DNA of 64,000 nucleotides from assembly GCA_964514975.1 (NCBI GenBank), contig CAZESS010000001.1, positions 62,197-126,196 of the forward strand, given 5' to 3'. This document shows, one piece after another, positions 49,384 through 61,800 of the stretch. The first letter of the stretch is position 1, and each line of letters starts with the position of its first letter. This stretch comes from an uncultured Thermoplasmatales archaeon (GTDB lineage Archaea; Thermoplasmatota; E2; UBA202; DSCA01). The notes beneath the pieces are model-generated. The model was given only the letters and a program-made list of their open reading frames with translations. It had not been told where the DNA came from and made no database searches. Both the position numbers and the translations under genes were made by a program.

Positions 49384-49956
49384 ATGGGAGATCCAAAGTT
49401 TCCACGGAAGAAATACGAGACGCCCAGCCATCCATGGGAAGCCGAGCGCATCGAACGGGAGCGAGACCTGATGCACAAGTATGGCCTCAAAAACAAGCGC
49501 GAGGTCTGGAAGGCCGAGACGTTTCTGCGGAAAATACGCGGCCATGCCCGCGAGCTCTTCGTCGGCGTCGAGGAAGCACAGACCAAAAAAGAAAAAGAGG
49601 AACTGCTGAAGCGCATGGTTTCGCTGGGGATCCTGCCGGCTGACTCCGGCCTCGACGACATCCTGGCGCTGACCATCGAGGACATCCTGGCGCGGCGGCT
49701 GCAGACCCAGGTGTACTATCACGGCCTTGCCTATACGCCGAAGCAGGCACGTCAGCTCATCGTTCATGGCCACATTTTGGTCAACGGCCGCAGGGTTCGC
49801 GTTCCCTCCTATAAGGTCAGGACGGCGGAGGAGGACACCATTCAATACGCCGAGGCGTCGCCGCTCGCCGACGACGTTCACCCGATGCGCCCCAAGGTCG
49901 ACGAGACCAGGGAGCAGCGGATGGCGATGCACAGCGAGAGCAACGAGGAGAAATAA
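49384..49956 (+). CDS. rps4: 30S ribosomal protein uS4
   Basis: [43 protein letters not shown]. Confidence 0.97.
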   Translation: MGDPKFPRKKYETPSHPWEAERIERERDLMHKYGLKNKREVWKAETFLRKIRGHARELFVGVEEAQTKKEKEELLKRMVSLGILPADSGLDDILALTIEDILARRLQTQVYYHGLAYTPKQARQLIVHGHILVNGRRVRVPSYKVRTAEEDTIQYAEASPLADDVHPMRPKVDETREQRMAMHSESNEEK

Positions 49957-49957
49957 C

Positions 49958-50341
49958 ATGGGAAAAAAGGCTATCACGCATATTTTCGCTTCGCACAATG
50001 ACACCATCATCACCGTGACCGATCTGACGGGCGCGGAGACGCTCGCCAAGTGCACCGGCGGCATGGTTGTCCGCTCCGACAAGGACGAGGGCTCGCCATA
50101 TGCCGCGATGCGCGCCGCGCAGAAGGTGGCCGAGGAGCTCCGGGAGCGGGGCATCGACACGGTCAACATCAAGGTGCGCGGCCGAGGAAAAGGCCGCTCA
50201 AAGCATCCCGGTCGGGGTGCGCAGGCTGCCATCCGGGCGCTCGCCCGCGCCGGTATCCGCATCGGACGGATCGAGGATGTCACACCGGTTCCGCATGACG
50301 GCTGCCGGGAAAAAGGCGGAAAACGGGGACGCCGGGTATGA
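49958..50341 (+). CDS. rps11: 30S ribosomal protein uS11
   Basis: [32 protein letters not shown]. Confidence 0.97.
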   Translation: MGKKAITHIFASHNDTIITVTDLTGAETLAKCTGGMVVRSDKDEGSPYAAMRAAQKVAEELRERGIDTVNIKVRGRGKGRSKHPGRGAQAAIRALARAGIRIGRIEDVTPVPHDGCREKGGKRGRRV

Positions 50342-51117
50342 AGGCCACCGTGCTGGAGGAGGAGGACCAGTTTATCAAGGTGCTGTTCGAGGACATCTCG
50401 CCCGACGTGGCCAATGCCATCCGCCGGACCATCATGCTGGATGTGCCGAGCCTGGCCATCGAAAACGTCACCATTTATGACAACACCTCGGCCCTGTTCG
50501 ACGAGATCGTCGCGCATCGCCTTGGCCTGCTGCCGCTGCCCACCGACCTGCAGATGCTGGTGTTCCGGGAGGACTGCGCCTGCGACGACGAGGGCTGCCC
50601 CAACTGCACCGTCCATTACACCGTGAGCAAGGAGGGAGAATGCACCGTCTACAGCGGCGACCTGAACGCCGAGGATACGTCATGGGCGGTCGTCGACGAC
50701 AAGGTTCCACTGCTGCGCCTGAAAAAAGGCCAGCGCATCATTCTCGAGGCCGAGGCAATCCTTGGCACGGGCAAGCAGCATGCGAAATGGCAGCCTGCCT
50801 CCGGCATCGGCTACACCTATTATCCCGACATAACGGTCAACGATGACTGCAACGGCTGCCGGGCCTGCGTGGACATCTGCCCCCGCGACGTGCTCGGCAT
50901 GAAGGGCGCCAAAGCCGTGGTCAAAAACCTGGAGGCCTGCAGCCTCTGCCGGAGCTGCATGGAGGAATGCGGCCGCGACGCCATCACCGTGACAGGTGAC
51001 CCATCCCGCATCATTTTTTCGTTCGACACCGACGGGTCGCTCCCGCCGCGCGAGGTGCTCACCGAGGCGCTCGACATCCTGCATTACAAGTACGACGCGC
51101 TCGCCGAGTCGCTGTAG
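50338..51117 (+). CDS. rpoD: RNA polymerase subunit D (Rpo3) with 2x[4Fe-4S] ferredoxin-like domain
   Basis: [52 protein letters not shown]. Confidence 0.96.
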   Translation: MKATVLEEEDQFIKVLFEDISPDVANAIRRTIMLDVPSLAIENVTIYDNTSALFDEIVAHRLGLLPLPTDLQMLVFREDCACDDEGCPNCTVHYTVSKEGECTVYSGDLNAEDTSWAVVDDKVPLLRLKKGQRIILEAEAILGTGKQHAKWQPASGIGYTYYPDITVNDDCNGCRACVDICPRDVLGMKGAKAVVKNLEACSLCRSCMEECGRDAITVTGDPSRIIFSFDTDGSLPPREVLTEALDILHYKYDALAESL

Positions 51118-51214
51118 CTAATCGAGGAACACCTCCTGCTTGTAGGCCGTGGGGACGAACAATATGAGCGCGGTGAAAATCTCCAGACAGCCCAGTCACA
51201 TGCACACCGACAGC

Positions 51215-51548
51215 CATATCTTCGCCAGCTCGGGCAACGGCGCATAGCTGTAGCTTGGCCCAACGCCGCCGAGCCCCGGCGGGTCATCGGCGGATACGGA
51301 GTCGGCGTCACCAATCGGAGGAAACATCGCTCGTCCTGTACGGCTCGCTGGCCGTCGGCCTCGTCATCCTCGCCATGGCCGCTACCAACACCGAGCATGC
51401 ACCCACCGCTGGCATCGCCCTGGGGCTGGTCATCAACACATGGAGCGCTGCCACCGTCGTCTTCATCATCATGGTGATGCTCTGGATGGTCGCGGTGCGA
51501 CATCTGCTCCGCCGCCGTCTCATAAACCTGACGGCGCCTCTGGTGTAG
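51215..51548 (+). pseudogene. Degraded HPP-family membrane protein
   Basis: PNAAEPRRVIGGYGVGV in one frame; SLAVGLVILAMAATNTEHAPTAGIALGLVI...LINL in another; upstream in-frame stops, no clear start. Confidence 0.6.
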
Positions 51549-51551
51549 CCG

Positions 51552-52367
51552 TTACTGCTCCTGGATCGGGGAGCGCCAGTCGAGCCCGATGGTCCGCATG
51601 CCGAGCTTGGCGACAAGGGGCATACTCCGCTTGTGCTGGCTCCGTCGCCGCATCTGCTGGATCCGGTGCACCTCGCTCTCCTCGATATCTGCGGCATGAG
51701 CGATTTTTTCAACCGGCCATTTTCGCTCCAGCCCATACAAGATACGGTCGAGCTTCTCGTAGGATATACCGAGCTCCTCCTCGTCGGTCTGCCCCTTCCA
51801 GAGGCCAGCCGATGGCGGCTTCTCGATGATGGGCCCGGGGATGTCGAGATGGCGTGCCAGCTGGTATACCTGCGTCTTGTACAGGTCGCCGACGGGCAAA
51901 AAATCGGTGCCGCCATCGCCATATTTGGTGAAATAGCCGATGAGCAGCTCCGTCTTGTTCGAGCAGCCACACACCAGGCTGTCCTTGACGTTCGAGTAGC
52001 CATACCACAGCAGCATGCGGAGCCGTGACTTGATGTTGCCGAGCGCGACGGCGTCCATCTCATGGGGATAGATCTTCCGGATGGAATGAATGAACGGCGA
52101 GATATCGATGGTCTCATACTCGATGTCGAGGTCGTCGGCCATCAGGCGGACATGCTCGAGGTCCTCGATCGGCGTTGACAGCTCCGGCATAAAAATCGCG
52201 TGGATATTGTCTTTGCCCAGCGCCATCGCCGCCAGCCTGGCGGTCACCGCCGAGTCGATGCCGCCGGACAGCCCGATGACCACGCTGTCCACGCCCGCAT
52301 TCGATGTGTAGTCACGGATGAACGTGGTGACCAGCCCTGTTGTCTCCCCTGCATCTATCTCGAGCAT
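51552..52367 (-). CDS. nadE: NAD+ synthetase (single synthetase domain)
   Basis: IGLSGGIDSAV, NIKSRLRM, NKTELLIGYFTKYGDG, KPPSAGLW.GQTDE.ELG. Confidence 0.95.
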   Translation of the reverse strand: MLEIDAGETTGLVTTFIRDYTSNAGVDSVVIGLSGGIDSAVTARLAAMALGKDNIHAIFMPELSTPIEDLEHVRLMADDLDIEYETIDISPFIHSIRKIYPHEMDAVALGNIKSRLRMLLWYGYSNVKDSLVCGCSNKTELLIGYFTKYGDGGTDFLPVGDLYKTQVYQLARHLDIPGPIIEKPPSAGLWKGQTDEEELGISYEKLDRILYGLERKWPVEKIAHAADIEESEVHRIQQMRRRSQHKRSMPLVAKLGMRTIGLDWRSPIQEQ

Positions 52368-52413
52368 ATGGATAACGTTATAAGCAGGGGCGATATATGG
52401 TTTTGGGATTTGT

Positions 52414-53526
52414 ATGCAGCTCTCACTCATCAATGTTCATCCGACAGTGGGCAACAAAAAAAAGAACCTGAAAAAAATGCGGAAGACGCTCGACGGCCTC
52501 GAGACAGACATGGCCGTCTTCGGGGAGCTCACCGCCACCGGCTACACCTGCAAGGACGAGTTCCGCGACCTGGCGGAGCCGCTCGACGGCCCAACAGTGC
52601 AGGCCGTCCAAGAGATGTCCGCCACGCATGACACGTCCATCGTGTTCGGCATGCCGCTGGAGGAACGGGCAGGACTCATCCACAACGCCGCCGTCATGAT
52701 ACATCCCGATGGGGAGGTGCAGTCCTACCGCAAAATGTTTCTCCCGACCTTTGGTCCCTTCGAGGAACGTTTTTTCTTCACCCCCGGCGACGCGTTGCCC
52801 GTATATGACACGCCCTATGGCAGGGTGGGCATGTGCATCTGCTACGACCTGTTTTTCCCGGAGCTGCTCAAGGGCATGGCATTGAAGGGCGCCGACATGA
52901 TTCTCTGCATTTCCGCCTCACCCTCGATAAGCCGCGAATATTTCGAGCAGGTGCTGCCGGCGCGGGCGATAGAGAACACCGTGTTCGTGGCCTACGCCAA
53001 CCTGGTGGGCACGCAGGAAAACCTGGTGTTCTGGGGCGGCAGCCAGGTGTACAGCCCCCGGGGAGACCTCGTCGGCCGGGCGGCCTACAACGAGGAGGAC
53101 GCGCTGACGTTCGACATTGACTTTGACATCATCAGTGAGGCGCGGGCCGCGCGCCCCACGCTCCGGGACACCCGGGCGGAGCTATTCGCCGACCTGTACC
53201 GTATCGCCCGAAGCGAGCCATTGTACCATGACTATGCGGCCATTGCCGTCCGCATGGGGCGCTATGCCGTCGAGCGGATGAAGGTCGAGACGGTCGAGAT
53301 ACATGGCCCCCGGCAGATGGTCGACGGCGTCATGTATGCGACGGCCTGCCCCCGGGACAATATCATGGTGGAGCAGGACGAGCAGATACGTGCTACGTTT
53401 ATGTCCGGCGGGGATACGCTGACGCTGACGCTCAGGCCTGAAATGCGGCGTTTGCTCGAGCAGGGATTGAACCCGGCGCGGCTTTCCTCGCTCGACGCGG
53501 ACGAGCTGTTCGATGTCTCCGGATAG
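52414..53526 (+). CDS. Carbon-nitrogen hydrolase with C-terminal FmdE-like extension
   Basis: Triad FGEL / YRKMFLP / ICYD, ARAIEN; extra ~100 aa with A.RMG, VDGV..ATAC, ATF, LRPE, DELF. Confidence 0.85.
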   Translation: MQLSLINVHPTVGNKKKNLKKMRKTLDGLETDMAVFGELTATGYTCKDEFRDLAEPLDGPTVQAVQEMSATHDTSIVFGMPLEERAGLIHNAAVMIHPDGEVQSYRKMFLPTFGPFEERFFFTPGDALPVYDTPYGRVGMCICYDLFFPELLKGMALKGADMILCISASPSISREYFEQVLPARAIENTVFVAYANLVGTQENLVFWGGSQVYSPRGDLVGRAAYNEEDALTFDIDFDIISEARAARPTLRDTRAELFADLYRIARSEPLYHDYAAIAVRMGRYAVERMKVETVEIHGPRQMVDGVMYATACPRDNIMVEQDEQIRATFMSGGDTLTLTLRPEMRRLLEQGLNPARLSSLDADELFDVSG

Positions 53527-53577
53527 CGGGGCCGGGAAGCGAAAATTATAAGATGTCCATCGTCATTATAGTAGCGT

Positions 53578-54426
53578 ATGGATTTCACCACGCTCACGAT
53601 ACTGGCGGTACTATCGTTCGTCCTCGCCTGGTTCGGCATAATGATTTTCACCACGGAAACCAGGGATGACGACGACAAAAAGAAGGAGCCCCGGCAGGCG
53701 CAGCAGGAGCCATCCGGCCATGAAACCGAGCAGGTCCAGAAGGTTGCTCATGTCGCTGAGACGCCTGCGGTGCAGGAGGCCAGCGAGGACGAGGTCGTGA
53801 TGTACCAGAACATGGTCGAAAAATACCGGGGGATGGTGCAGCAGCTCCGCCAGAAGGTCGAACGCCTCGAGCAGACGAGCAGCACCGCCGGGATGTCCAA
53901 CGACCAGCTCATCGACTGGATCGCCGACCTCCGCCGGGAAAACAAGTACCTGAAAAACAAGCTGACGGAGCTCGAAAACGAGCCCGTTCCCGACGTGCCC
54001 GAGACGTCATCGGGAACCATTGCCACGCTGAAACAGGAAAACGAGCACCTGCGGGAACGCCTCGAAAAATACCGGGCCAGGGTCACCCAGCTCGAAGACG
54101 AGATAGAGGAGCTCAAAAGCGATCTGCACTACTACCGGGACATGGTCAACAAGCTCCAGGCCAATTTCACCGTCATCAACAAGTACAACTATCGCGCCTG
54201 CATCCGCGACCCCGAGACAGGAGAGTTCTGCTACGAGCTCGTCAAGTTCCCGCCCGACTTCGACCCGTTCAACCCGACCTACATCAGCGAGGACGGCACC
54301 GAAATATACGAGCAGTACGGCATAAAGATACCCACCAAGCTCGGCGACCTCGTCAGAAAGGAGTTCAAAAAACGCGCCGCTGAGCCCTGGGAGGAAGCCG
54401 AGGTCGACTGGAAGGTCGGCCGGTAG
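53578..54426 (+). CDS. Membrane-anchored coiled-coil hypothetical protein
   Basis: N-terminal TM, heptad repeats (LRRENKYLKNKL, LKQENEHLRERL). Confidence 0.75.
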   Translation: MDFTTLTILAVLSFVLAWFGIMIFTTETRDDDDKKKEPRQAQQEPSGHETEQVQKVAHVAETPAVQEASEDEVVMYQNMVEKYRGMVQQLRQKVERLEQTSSTAGMSNDQLIDWIADLRRENKYLKNKLTELENEPVPDVPETSSGTIATLKQENEHLRERLEKYRARVTQLEDEIEELKSDLHYYRDMVNKLQANFTVINKYNYRACIRDPETGEFCYELVKFPPDFDPFNPTYISEDGTEIYEQYGIKIPTKLGDLVRKEFKKRAAEPWEEAEVDWKVGR

Positions 54427-54434
54427 CGCTGCAG

Positions 54435-55775
54435 ATGGAAAACTGGACGGAAAAATACCGGCCTCGGCATCTCGACGACGTCGCGGGCAACGCCAAAGCA
54501 TTGCAGAAGCTCCGCCAGTGGGCCCGCCAATGGCAACAGGGTATCCCACCACAAAAAGCGGTTGTTCTCTCCGGTAAAGCCGGCATCGGAAAAACATCGG
54601 CAGCGCATGCGCTTGCCAACGACCTCGGCTGGCAGACCATCGAGCTCAACGCGTCAGATGCACGGAGCAAGGAGGTCATCCGGCGCACCGCGTTTTCAGG
54701 TGCGGTCAACGAGACCTTTACCCGGGAGGGCGAATACCGTCCATCCGGGGAGGGCGGCGCCACCCTCGTCATCATCGACGAGGCCGACAACCTGTATGAA
54801 ACCAAGGGAGACCGCGGCGGCACCGGCGCCATCATCGACACCATCCGGCAGACCCGGCAGCCCGTCGTCCTCATCGTCAACGACTACTACCAGCTCATAC
54901 GGGGCGCCGGGCAGCCTCTCAAATCGCTGTGTCAGCACATCCAGTTCAAGCCCGTCGACGACCTCGGCGAGGTTTTGCAGCGCATCTGCCGGGAGGAAAA
55001 CATCCGGGTTGACCGCCAGGCTATCCGGTACATCGCAAGCCATGCAGATGGAGACGTCCGCGGCGCCATCAACGACCTCCAGACCATCTGCCAGGGGCGA
55101 CAGCACGTCGACATGAGCGCCGTCGCCAGCATCGGCAGCCGCAACCGCGAGCAGCAGATTTTTTCCGTCCTCCGGCGCATCCTCCGCGCCAGGAACATGG
55201 AGGACGCCGACGCTGCCGCCCGCGACATCGACGAAGCGCCGCCGCAGATGATACTCTGGATAGATGAAAACCTGCCCGTCGAATACAAAAAACCACGCGA
55301 CCTGGCCCGCGCCTACCGGTATCTCGCCTCGGCCGACGTTTTCCTCGGGCGGACACATCGCCGGCAGCACTACGGCATGTGGAAATATGCATGCGACCTC
55401 ATGTATGGTGGCGTGGCAGTCGCCAAGACACGTCTGTACCGCGGCTACAATCGCTACGATTTCCCCTCATGGCTCCGCAAGATGAGCGCGAGCAAGGCCA
55501 TGCGCGGCAAACGCCGCCGGATCGCCGGCAAAATCGGCAGGCACGCCCACATGTCCGGAGCGAAAACCCGGGAAACCCTGCCATATCTCGCGGCCATGCT
55601 CACCAATGACGAGGAACTGGCAGCCAATCTCGCGCGGCGGCTCGACCTCACCGCCGACGACCTCGCCCCGCTCGTGGGCAGCACGGCCGCCCGGGACATC
55701 GTCCAGCGCGCCGACGAGGACGAAAGCGACCTCGCGAAGGACGGCGACCGCCAGCAGAGCCTCCTCGACTTTTAA
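54435..55775 (+). CDS. rfcL: Replication factor C large subunit
   Basis: WTEKYRP, G.AGIGKT, ELNASD.R, IIDEAD, GDVRGAINDLQ, WIDEN, PIP box QQSLLDF. Confidence 0.96.
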   Translation: MENWTEKYRPRHLDDVAGNAKALQKLRQWARQWQQGIPPQKAVVLSGKAGIGKTSAAHALANDLGWQTIELNASDARSKEVIRRTAFSGAVNETFTREGEYRPSGEGGATLVIIDEADNLYETKGDRGGTGAIIDTIRQTRQPVVLIVNDYYQLIRGAGQPLKSLCQHIQFKPVDDLGEVLQRICREENIRVDRQAIRYIASHADGDVRGAINDLQTICQGRQHVDMSAVASIGSRNREQQIFSVLRRILRARNMEDADAAARDIDEAPPQMILWIDENLPVEYKKPRDLARAYRYLASADVFLGRTHRRQHYGMWKYACDLMYGGVAVAKTRLYRGYNRYDFPSWLRKMSASKAMRGKRRRIAGKIGRHAHMSGAKTRETLPYLAAMLTNDEELAANLARRLDLTADDLAPLVGSTAARDIVQRADEDESDLAKDGDRQQSLLDF

Positions 55776-55842
55776 CTTTTAATACAGATGTGTGGGAAAC
55801 CTATTTAACGAGGGTTAACATTGGTAAAGAAGGGTTTTAAAA

Positions 55843-58800
55843 ATGAAGGGCATGGCAGGCAGCACGCATGTAATGGTAGGGCTGGCAATAGTAGCCGCAC
55901 TCATCCTTTTTTGCTGGTCGCCATCGGTTGAGGCGCAGTCATACGAAATCAACCTGGATATCGCGGTACCGGATGAGGTAAACGTCTGCGAGCCGGCCAT
56001 CTATACACTGCACGTCAACAACACCGGCGATAACCCGCTCACCGATGTCACCGCAAACGTCACCATGCCTGATTCTTTTAACTACGTGAACGGAAGCGCT
56101 ATCGTCAACTACAGCGGAAGCTCCATCGCACAGGACCCCGTCATCCAGGGACAAAACCTGAGCTGGGACCTCAGCAGCATCGAGAACCCGCTGCCCGTCA
56201 ACGCCAGCATGTGCATATGCTTCAATCTGACCGCTTGCTGCACTGCAACCAGCGACGTGCAGCTTGCGGCCACGGTAACCGCCAACGAGAACACGTCCAC
56301 AGCCACGTCATCATCCATCCTGGTAAACAGGGGACTCATCCTTCTGGAAAAACTGCCGCAGACCCAGGATGCCTCCATCGGCGACATCGTCACCTTCACC
56401 GTATCCGTCACAAACATCGGCACCGGCCCCTTTTTCAACGTTACGGTCAACGACACCTTGGGGGACGGCCTGTCCTATGTTGCCACAAATGCATCCGGCT
56501 GGCCCGAATGGCAGTACAGCCGCATCGGAGTCGATGAAACAAGAACTGTCAACATCTCCGCCGAGGTCATTAGCTGCCAGGGGCTCTACAACGACGTAGC
56601 CGCAGCATGGGGCTGCAACGGACATATATGCCAGACCACCCATGCCAAGGGATCGATAAAACTGGTATACCGGGAGCCATCGCTCACCTTCAATGTGGAG
56701 CCCAACCCGATCACGCTGCCCTACTGCGGCAGCTCCCGTGTACATGTCAACATGACCAACGCCGGCGACGGCGGCGCCTACGACATCTACCTTGCCATGA
56801 AGGGAATGCCCGCGGCGTATAACGTCAGCGACATCCGCAACGCGACCTACTATCCGGGCAATACCACCCTGTATGTCGGCAACCTCTTGGCGCATACAAC
56901 GAACAACATCTCATTCAACATGACCGTGCCCTATGGCACCTGCGGCGGCCCATCCGGTGATGCAATCACGTTCACCCCTCGCTATCTGGACGAATGCGAC
57001 AACACATGGGCACCACCGGTCACCTATGTCACATATACACGTGCAGCGGGTCCCTCAATCGATGTCAGCAAAACAGGCCCCACCCGGGTGCTCCGCGGCG
57101 AAAACGTCTCCTACATCATAAACGTCTCCTACACCAAAAACGGGTGCAGCCTCGACAGCGTCACCACCAACATCACCGACACCTACCCAGACGGCTTCAC
57201 GGTACAGGATGCCGGCGGCGGCACCGTCGACGCAGCAAACACCACCATTACCTGGACAAACGTGAAGCTCGCCGATGGCGTCCCGTGGACCACGAACGTC
57301 ACCTTCGCCAATGGACAAACCTGCGGTGACATCGTGACCAACGCCGTCACGGTCGAACCCGTCATCGACTGTTGCGGCTGCTCAATGAGCGGAAGCGACA
57401 CCGCCAGTACGGCAAGCGTATGCGACGAAAACTACACCGGCAAGGAGCCATTCACATGGAACAAGGAAGCATCCCGTTACGTACGGGAAAACTGCAACAA
57501 CATCACCTACTACAACAACATGACCTTCCATCTCCAGGGAGCATCCTGGAGCGATGTCTGGTTCAGAGAGCAGGCAAACAACGGGCAGACAGCTCCAAAC
57601 GGCTCCACCGTCGTGAATGCCACATTCATCATAAACGGTACTCTCTCAACCACCCGGAGCATTACCCTCAATAGTTACACCTCGCTGGGCTTTCTGGACG
57701 GGCTCGCGCCGCTTGCCAATGGAACAACGCTCACCGTCACCTATGACCTCCACCAGTGGAACACCGGCACATTTTTCGCCTGGTCAGACGTCAACATAAC
57801 CGGATACCCGAACAATGCATCAGCCGACGGTGCATACCATCAGGGCCAATGGATAACTGTACAGCGGGCATCCTACACAATCGGCGTTGACATCCCTGCC
57901 ATCGTGAGCAGCTGCGGCATCTACCAGGCAACCATCAACGTCAACCATGGCAGCGACTGGGACGCCCACGATATGGTCATCACGCTCAACGGCACAAACT
58001 ACCGGTACATCGACGGGAGCACCACGATAAGCGGTCTCCAGTATAACACCACGACAGGCACCTACCAGCAGATCCCCTCTTTCGAGCCCACACAAAACGG
58101 CGCCTTCTACATATGGAATCTGAGCTCATACGGCGAGATACGCCAGGACGGCACGATAACGTTCAACGTGTCTAAGTCATGCGACCTCACCAGTTCCATC
58201 GATGCCGCTCTCACCTACAGGGACAACTGCGAAAACGAATACAGCAGCACGGCCAGCGACGTGCCAATCCTCGCCACAACCGGGGATATCTGCATCAGCA
58301 AATTCCCCGAAGAACAGTTTGCATATACCCGTCAGGTCAGCTGGCGTATCTGCATCCCAAACAAGGGAAACGGCACCGCCTACAACCTCGTGGTCAACGA
58401 CACACTCGGAGACGACCTCAGCTACGTCAACTCGACCATTGACGGCATCTGGGATCCAGCCAACACAACTGTTGGCCCACAGGGGAGAAACATCACCTGG
58501 TCCATCGGCAACGCCATCCCGAACCAGAAGATAACGATAGAGATAACCGCCAACCTGACCGGATGCGACAACCTATCCAACAACGTAACGGCCAGCTGGG
58601 GATGTATCCACGGCGAAACATGCCAGCAGGTCAACGACACGGCAACCATATCACTGGAAACCGGGCAGATACTCGTCAGCAGGCATGACGTCGACAACAT
58701 TGACCCATGCGGCGACGAGGCACAGGGAACCATAACCATCAAAAACGGCGGCGTGGACACCTACGACGTCAACGTCACCGAGCATCTGCCGGCAAACCTG

Positions 58801-61800
58801 ACCTATGTGCCGGGCACCGAATATGTCAGCGGCGCCACGCCATCCATGTTTACACAATGGGACACCAACCTCACATGGCATTTTTCAACTCTCCCGCGCG
58901 GAGCAACGGTCACCATCACCTTCAATGTCACCACCACCAGCCCCTGCGCCGCGTTCCCGGAACCCGCTAGCGCAACTGTCAACTACACGCTTCCATGCAC
59001 CGCCTACGGCCCCGAGGATACAGAAACGATAGCGATACAAAAAGTCACCCCCGAGCTCACCGTAACCAAGACACCCGGCATGGTTATCGCCGAGCCCGGC
59101 GACCTCGTGAACTGGACCCTCACCGTGACAAGCAACGGCGACTACGAGGCAAAAAACATCACGCTGGAGGACAGACTGCCCGCCAACGTCGCTTATATCA
59201 ACTCCACCATCGACGATATCTGGAGCCCTGCCAACACAACGATAGCAGGCCAGAACATTACCTGGCGGCTTCCCAACATGACAACCGGGGAAACCATATA
59301 TGTGAACATCACCGTATCCGTCAATGGCTGCACCGTCAACGACACCGACAACACCGCCGCTGTCTCCTGGGGATGCTGCCCGACTTCAAGGGAAAACAAC
59401 AGCGACGTAGTCTCCCTCCGGACATCCCCCCGGGTCAACCTAACGCAAACACACGGCGACATCATCCCCTGTGGCGGCAACGTCACCATTACCATCAACA
59501 ACAACGGCTCACGGGCAAACGTCACCGCCATTTCCGACATGCTGCCCGTCGGATACCAGTACAAACCAGGATCCACCGTCATCACCAGCAGCAACACGAG
59601 CAGAACATTCCCCGTCACCGAGCCAGCGGACTATTCAGCCGTCAACCGCACCATCATATGGAACCAATCCCACATCGACTACATCCACCACAATGAAACA
59701 ATAACTATATACTTCGAGCTAACTGACAACGGCACCGGCTGCAGCAATCTCATCGACTCCTTCAACAACATAACGTTCTCCTTCGGCAACCTCTGCGATA
59801 CGTCATTCACCGCGACATCCAATGACACCGTTACACCGCTTGCCGCAGACCTCCAGATAGACAAGTCCCCCGACCGCGAACTACTCGGCACCACCGCATT
59901 CTGGACCATCACCATTAACAACACCGGAACATATGAAGCACGCAACGTATCCGTCACCGACATCGTGGGCAGCGCATACACCAACGACTCAATCGTCGTC
60001 ACCTACACCAACGGCACAACCGACCCCGGAGCAACCATCATCGACAACAGGATAACCTGGAACAATCTCACCCTCCCCGTTGGCACCGCCGTCTGGAGCC
60101 GCCACATCTACGCCAACGTCACCGCCACCGGCACCGCGAACAACACCGTATGGACAAACGGCACCTGCCAATCCGGCTGCATCTACACCACGACCACCGA
60201 CACCTCCTACATATCACGCCTCAACTTCACAAAGGAAGGCGGCGGCAACGCCACCATCGGAACAACCGTCAACTTCACCGTTTTCGAAGCGCTTTTCTGG
60301 GGAGTCAACGAGCAATACATCAACGTCACCGTCACCGACCGGCTGCCCGACGAGCTGGTGTACGTGTCCTCCGACGCCCATGACTGCGCGGGCACCAGCT
60401 ATAATGCCAACCTTACCATCTCAAATATCTCCGGTTACACCGAGCTCACCTGGTTTATCGGCAACATAACCGGCCCCCGCTGCCTCACCATCAACATAAC
60501 CGCCGTGGTCAACAATACACTTGACAACGAGGACGGCGACGTCATCGAAAACGAGATCATTTTCTCCCACTACGACGTTGTCGGCAACCACTTTGTAAAC
60601 AATGACACGGCCAACGTTACGGTAAAAGAACCCGATCTCTCCATAACAAAAAATGCAAACCAGAGCGTTGTGGCCACCGCCGACAGCATCAACTACACCC
60701 TGGCCATCCAGCATACGCCGGATAGCACCTGGGATGCCTACGATGTCAACGTCACCGATACCATACCTGATAGCCTCACCCTTGACACATGGGGTGTCAC
60801 TCCTGCCGTCGACGGATTCTGGCAGAACGGACAGCAGCTGCAATGGAACATCAGCCATATCCCGCAGGGAAACACCGTCAACATATGGTACACGGTCACC
60901 GTCGACGACGACGTCATCGTCAACCAGCCGTTCGACAACCAGGCAAACCTCTCCTGGACGAGCACCCGCGGCACCAATCCATATGAGCGATATGGCAACA
61001 ACACACCCCTCGACGACTACAACGACGACGACGCCGCACAGGTCACCGCGACCAACGCCCACTCAATCAGCAAAACACCGGATACAGCCCGGGATTACAC
61101 AATCGGCGAGGTCATCAACTACACCATAGTCGTTGACCTTGCGCGGGCGACCTACCAAAATGTTGTCATCCGGGACCGGTTCCCCGCCGGATACCGCTAT
61201 AACCCGGGGAGCTTCCAGATAACCGCCAACAACGAATCGTTCACGGTAACCTATAGCAACACCAGCAGCTACGTCAACATATACTGGCATCTCGGTGACA
61301 TCAACAACAGCGACGACACCGACATCCACATCACCTTCAACATCACCGTCGCGGACAACCTGTCCATCCAAAACGGCGACAGCTTCAGCAACCGCGCCTG
61401 GCTCACATGGGAGGACTATCATGGCACGGATCACACCGCCGCCGACAATGCCGGACTAGTCACGATACGGGAGCCCGACCTCACACTATCAAAAACAGCC
61501 ACGTCGTCCATCGTCCAGTCGGGAGATACATTCAACTATACCCTCACGATAGCGCACAGCGGAGACAGCACCTGGCCGGCCTATGACATCTGGGTAAATG
61601 ATACGATTCCGGATGGCCTGAGCTATGTGTCAAACGTCTCGGTGCCGGGAGCGGATGTAGCATACCGGAACGGGCGGAATATTTCCTGGTATTTCTCCAT
61701 GCTCAACCAGAGCGATACCATTCAGATTAATGTAACGGTTTCAGTGGACAGCGATGTTGTATCGAACGAGCAATTCATCAATCAGGGAAACCTCACATGG

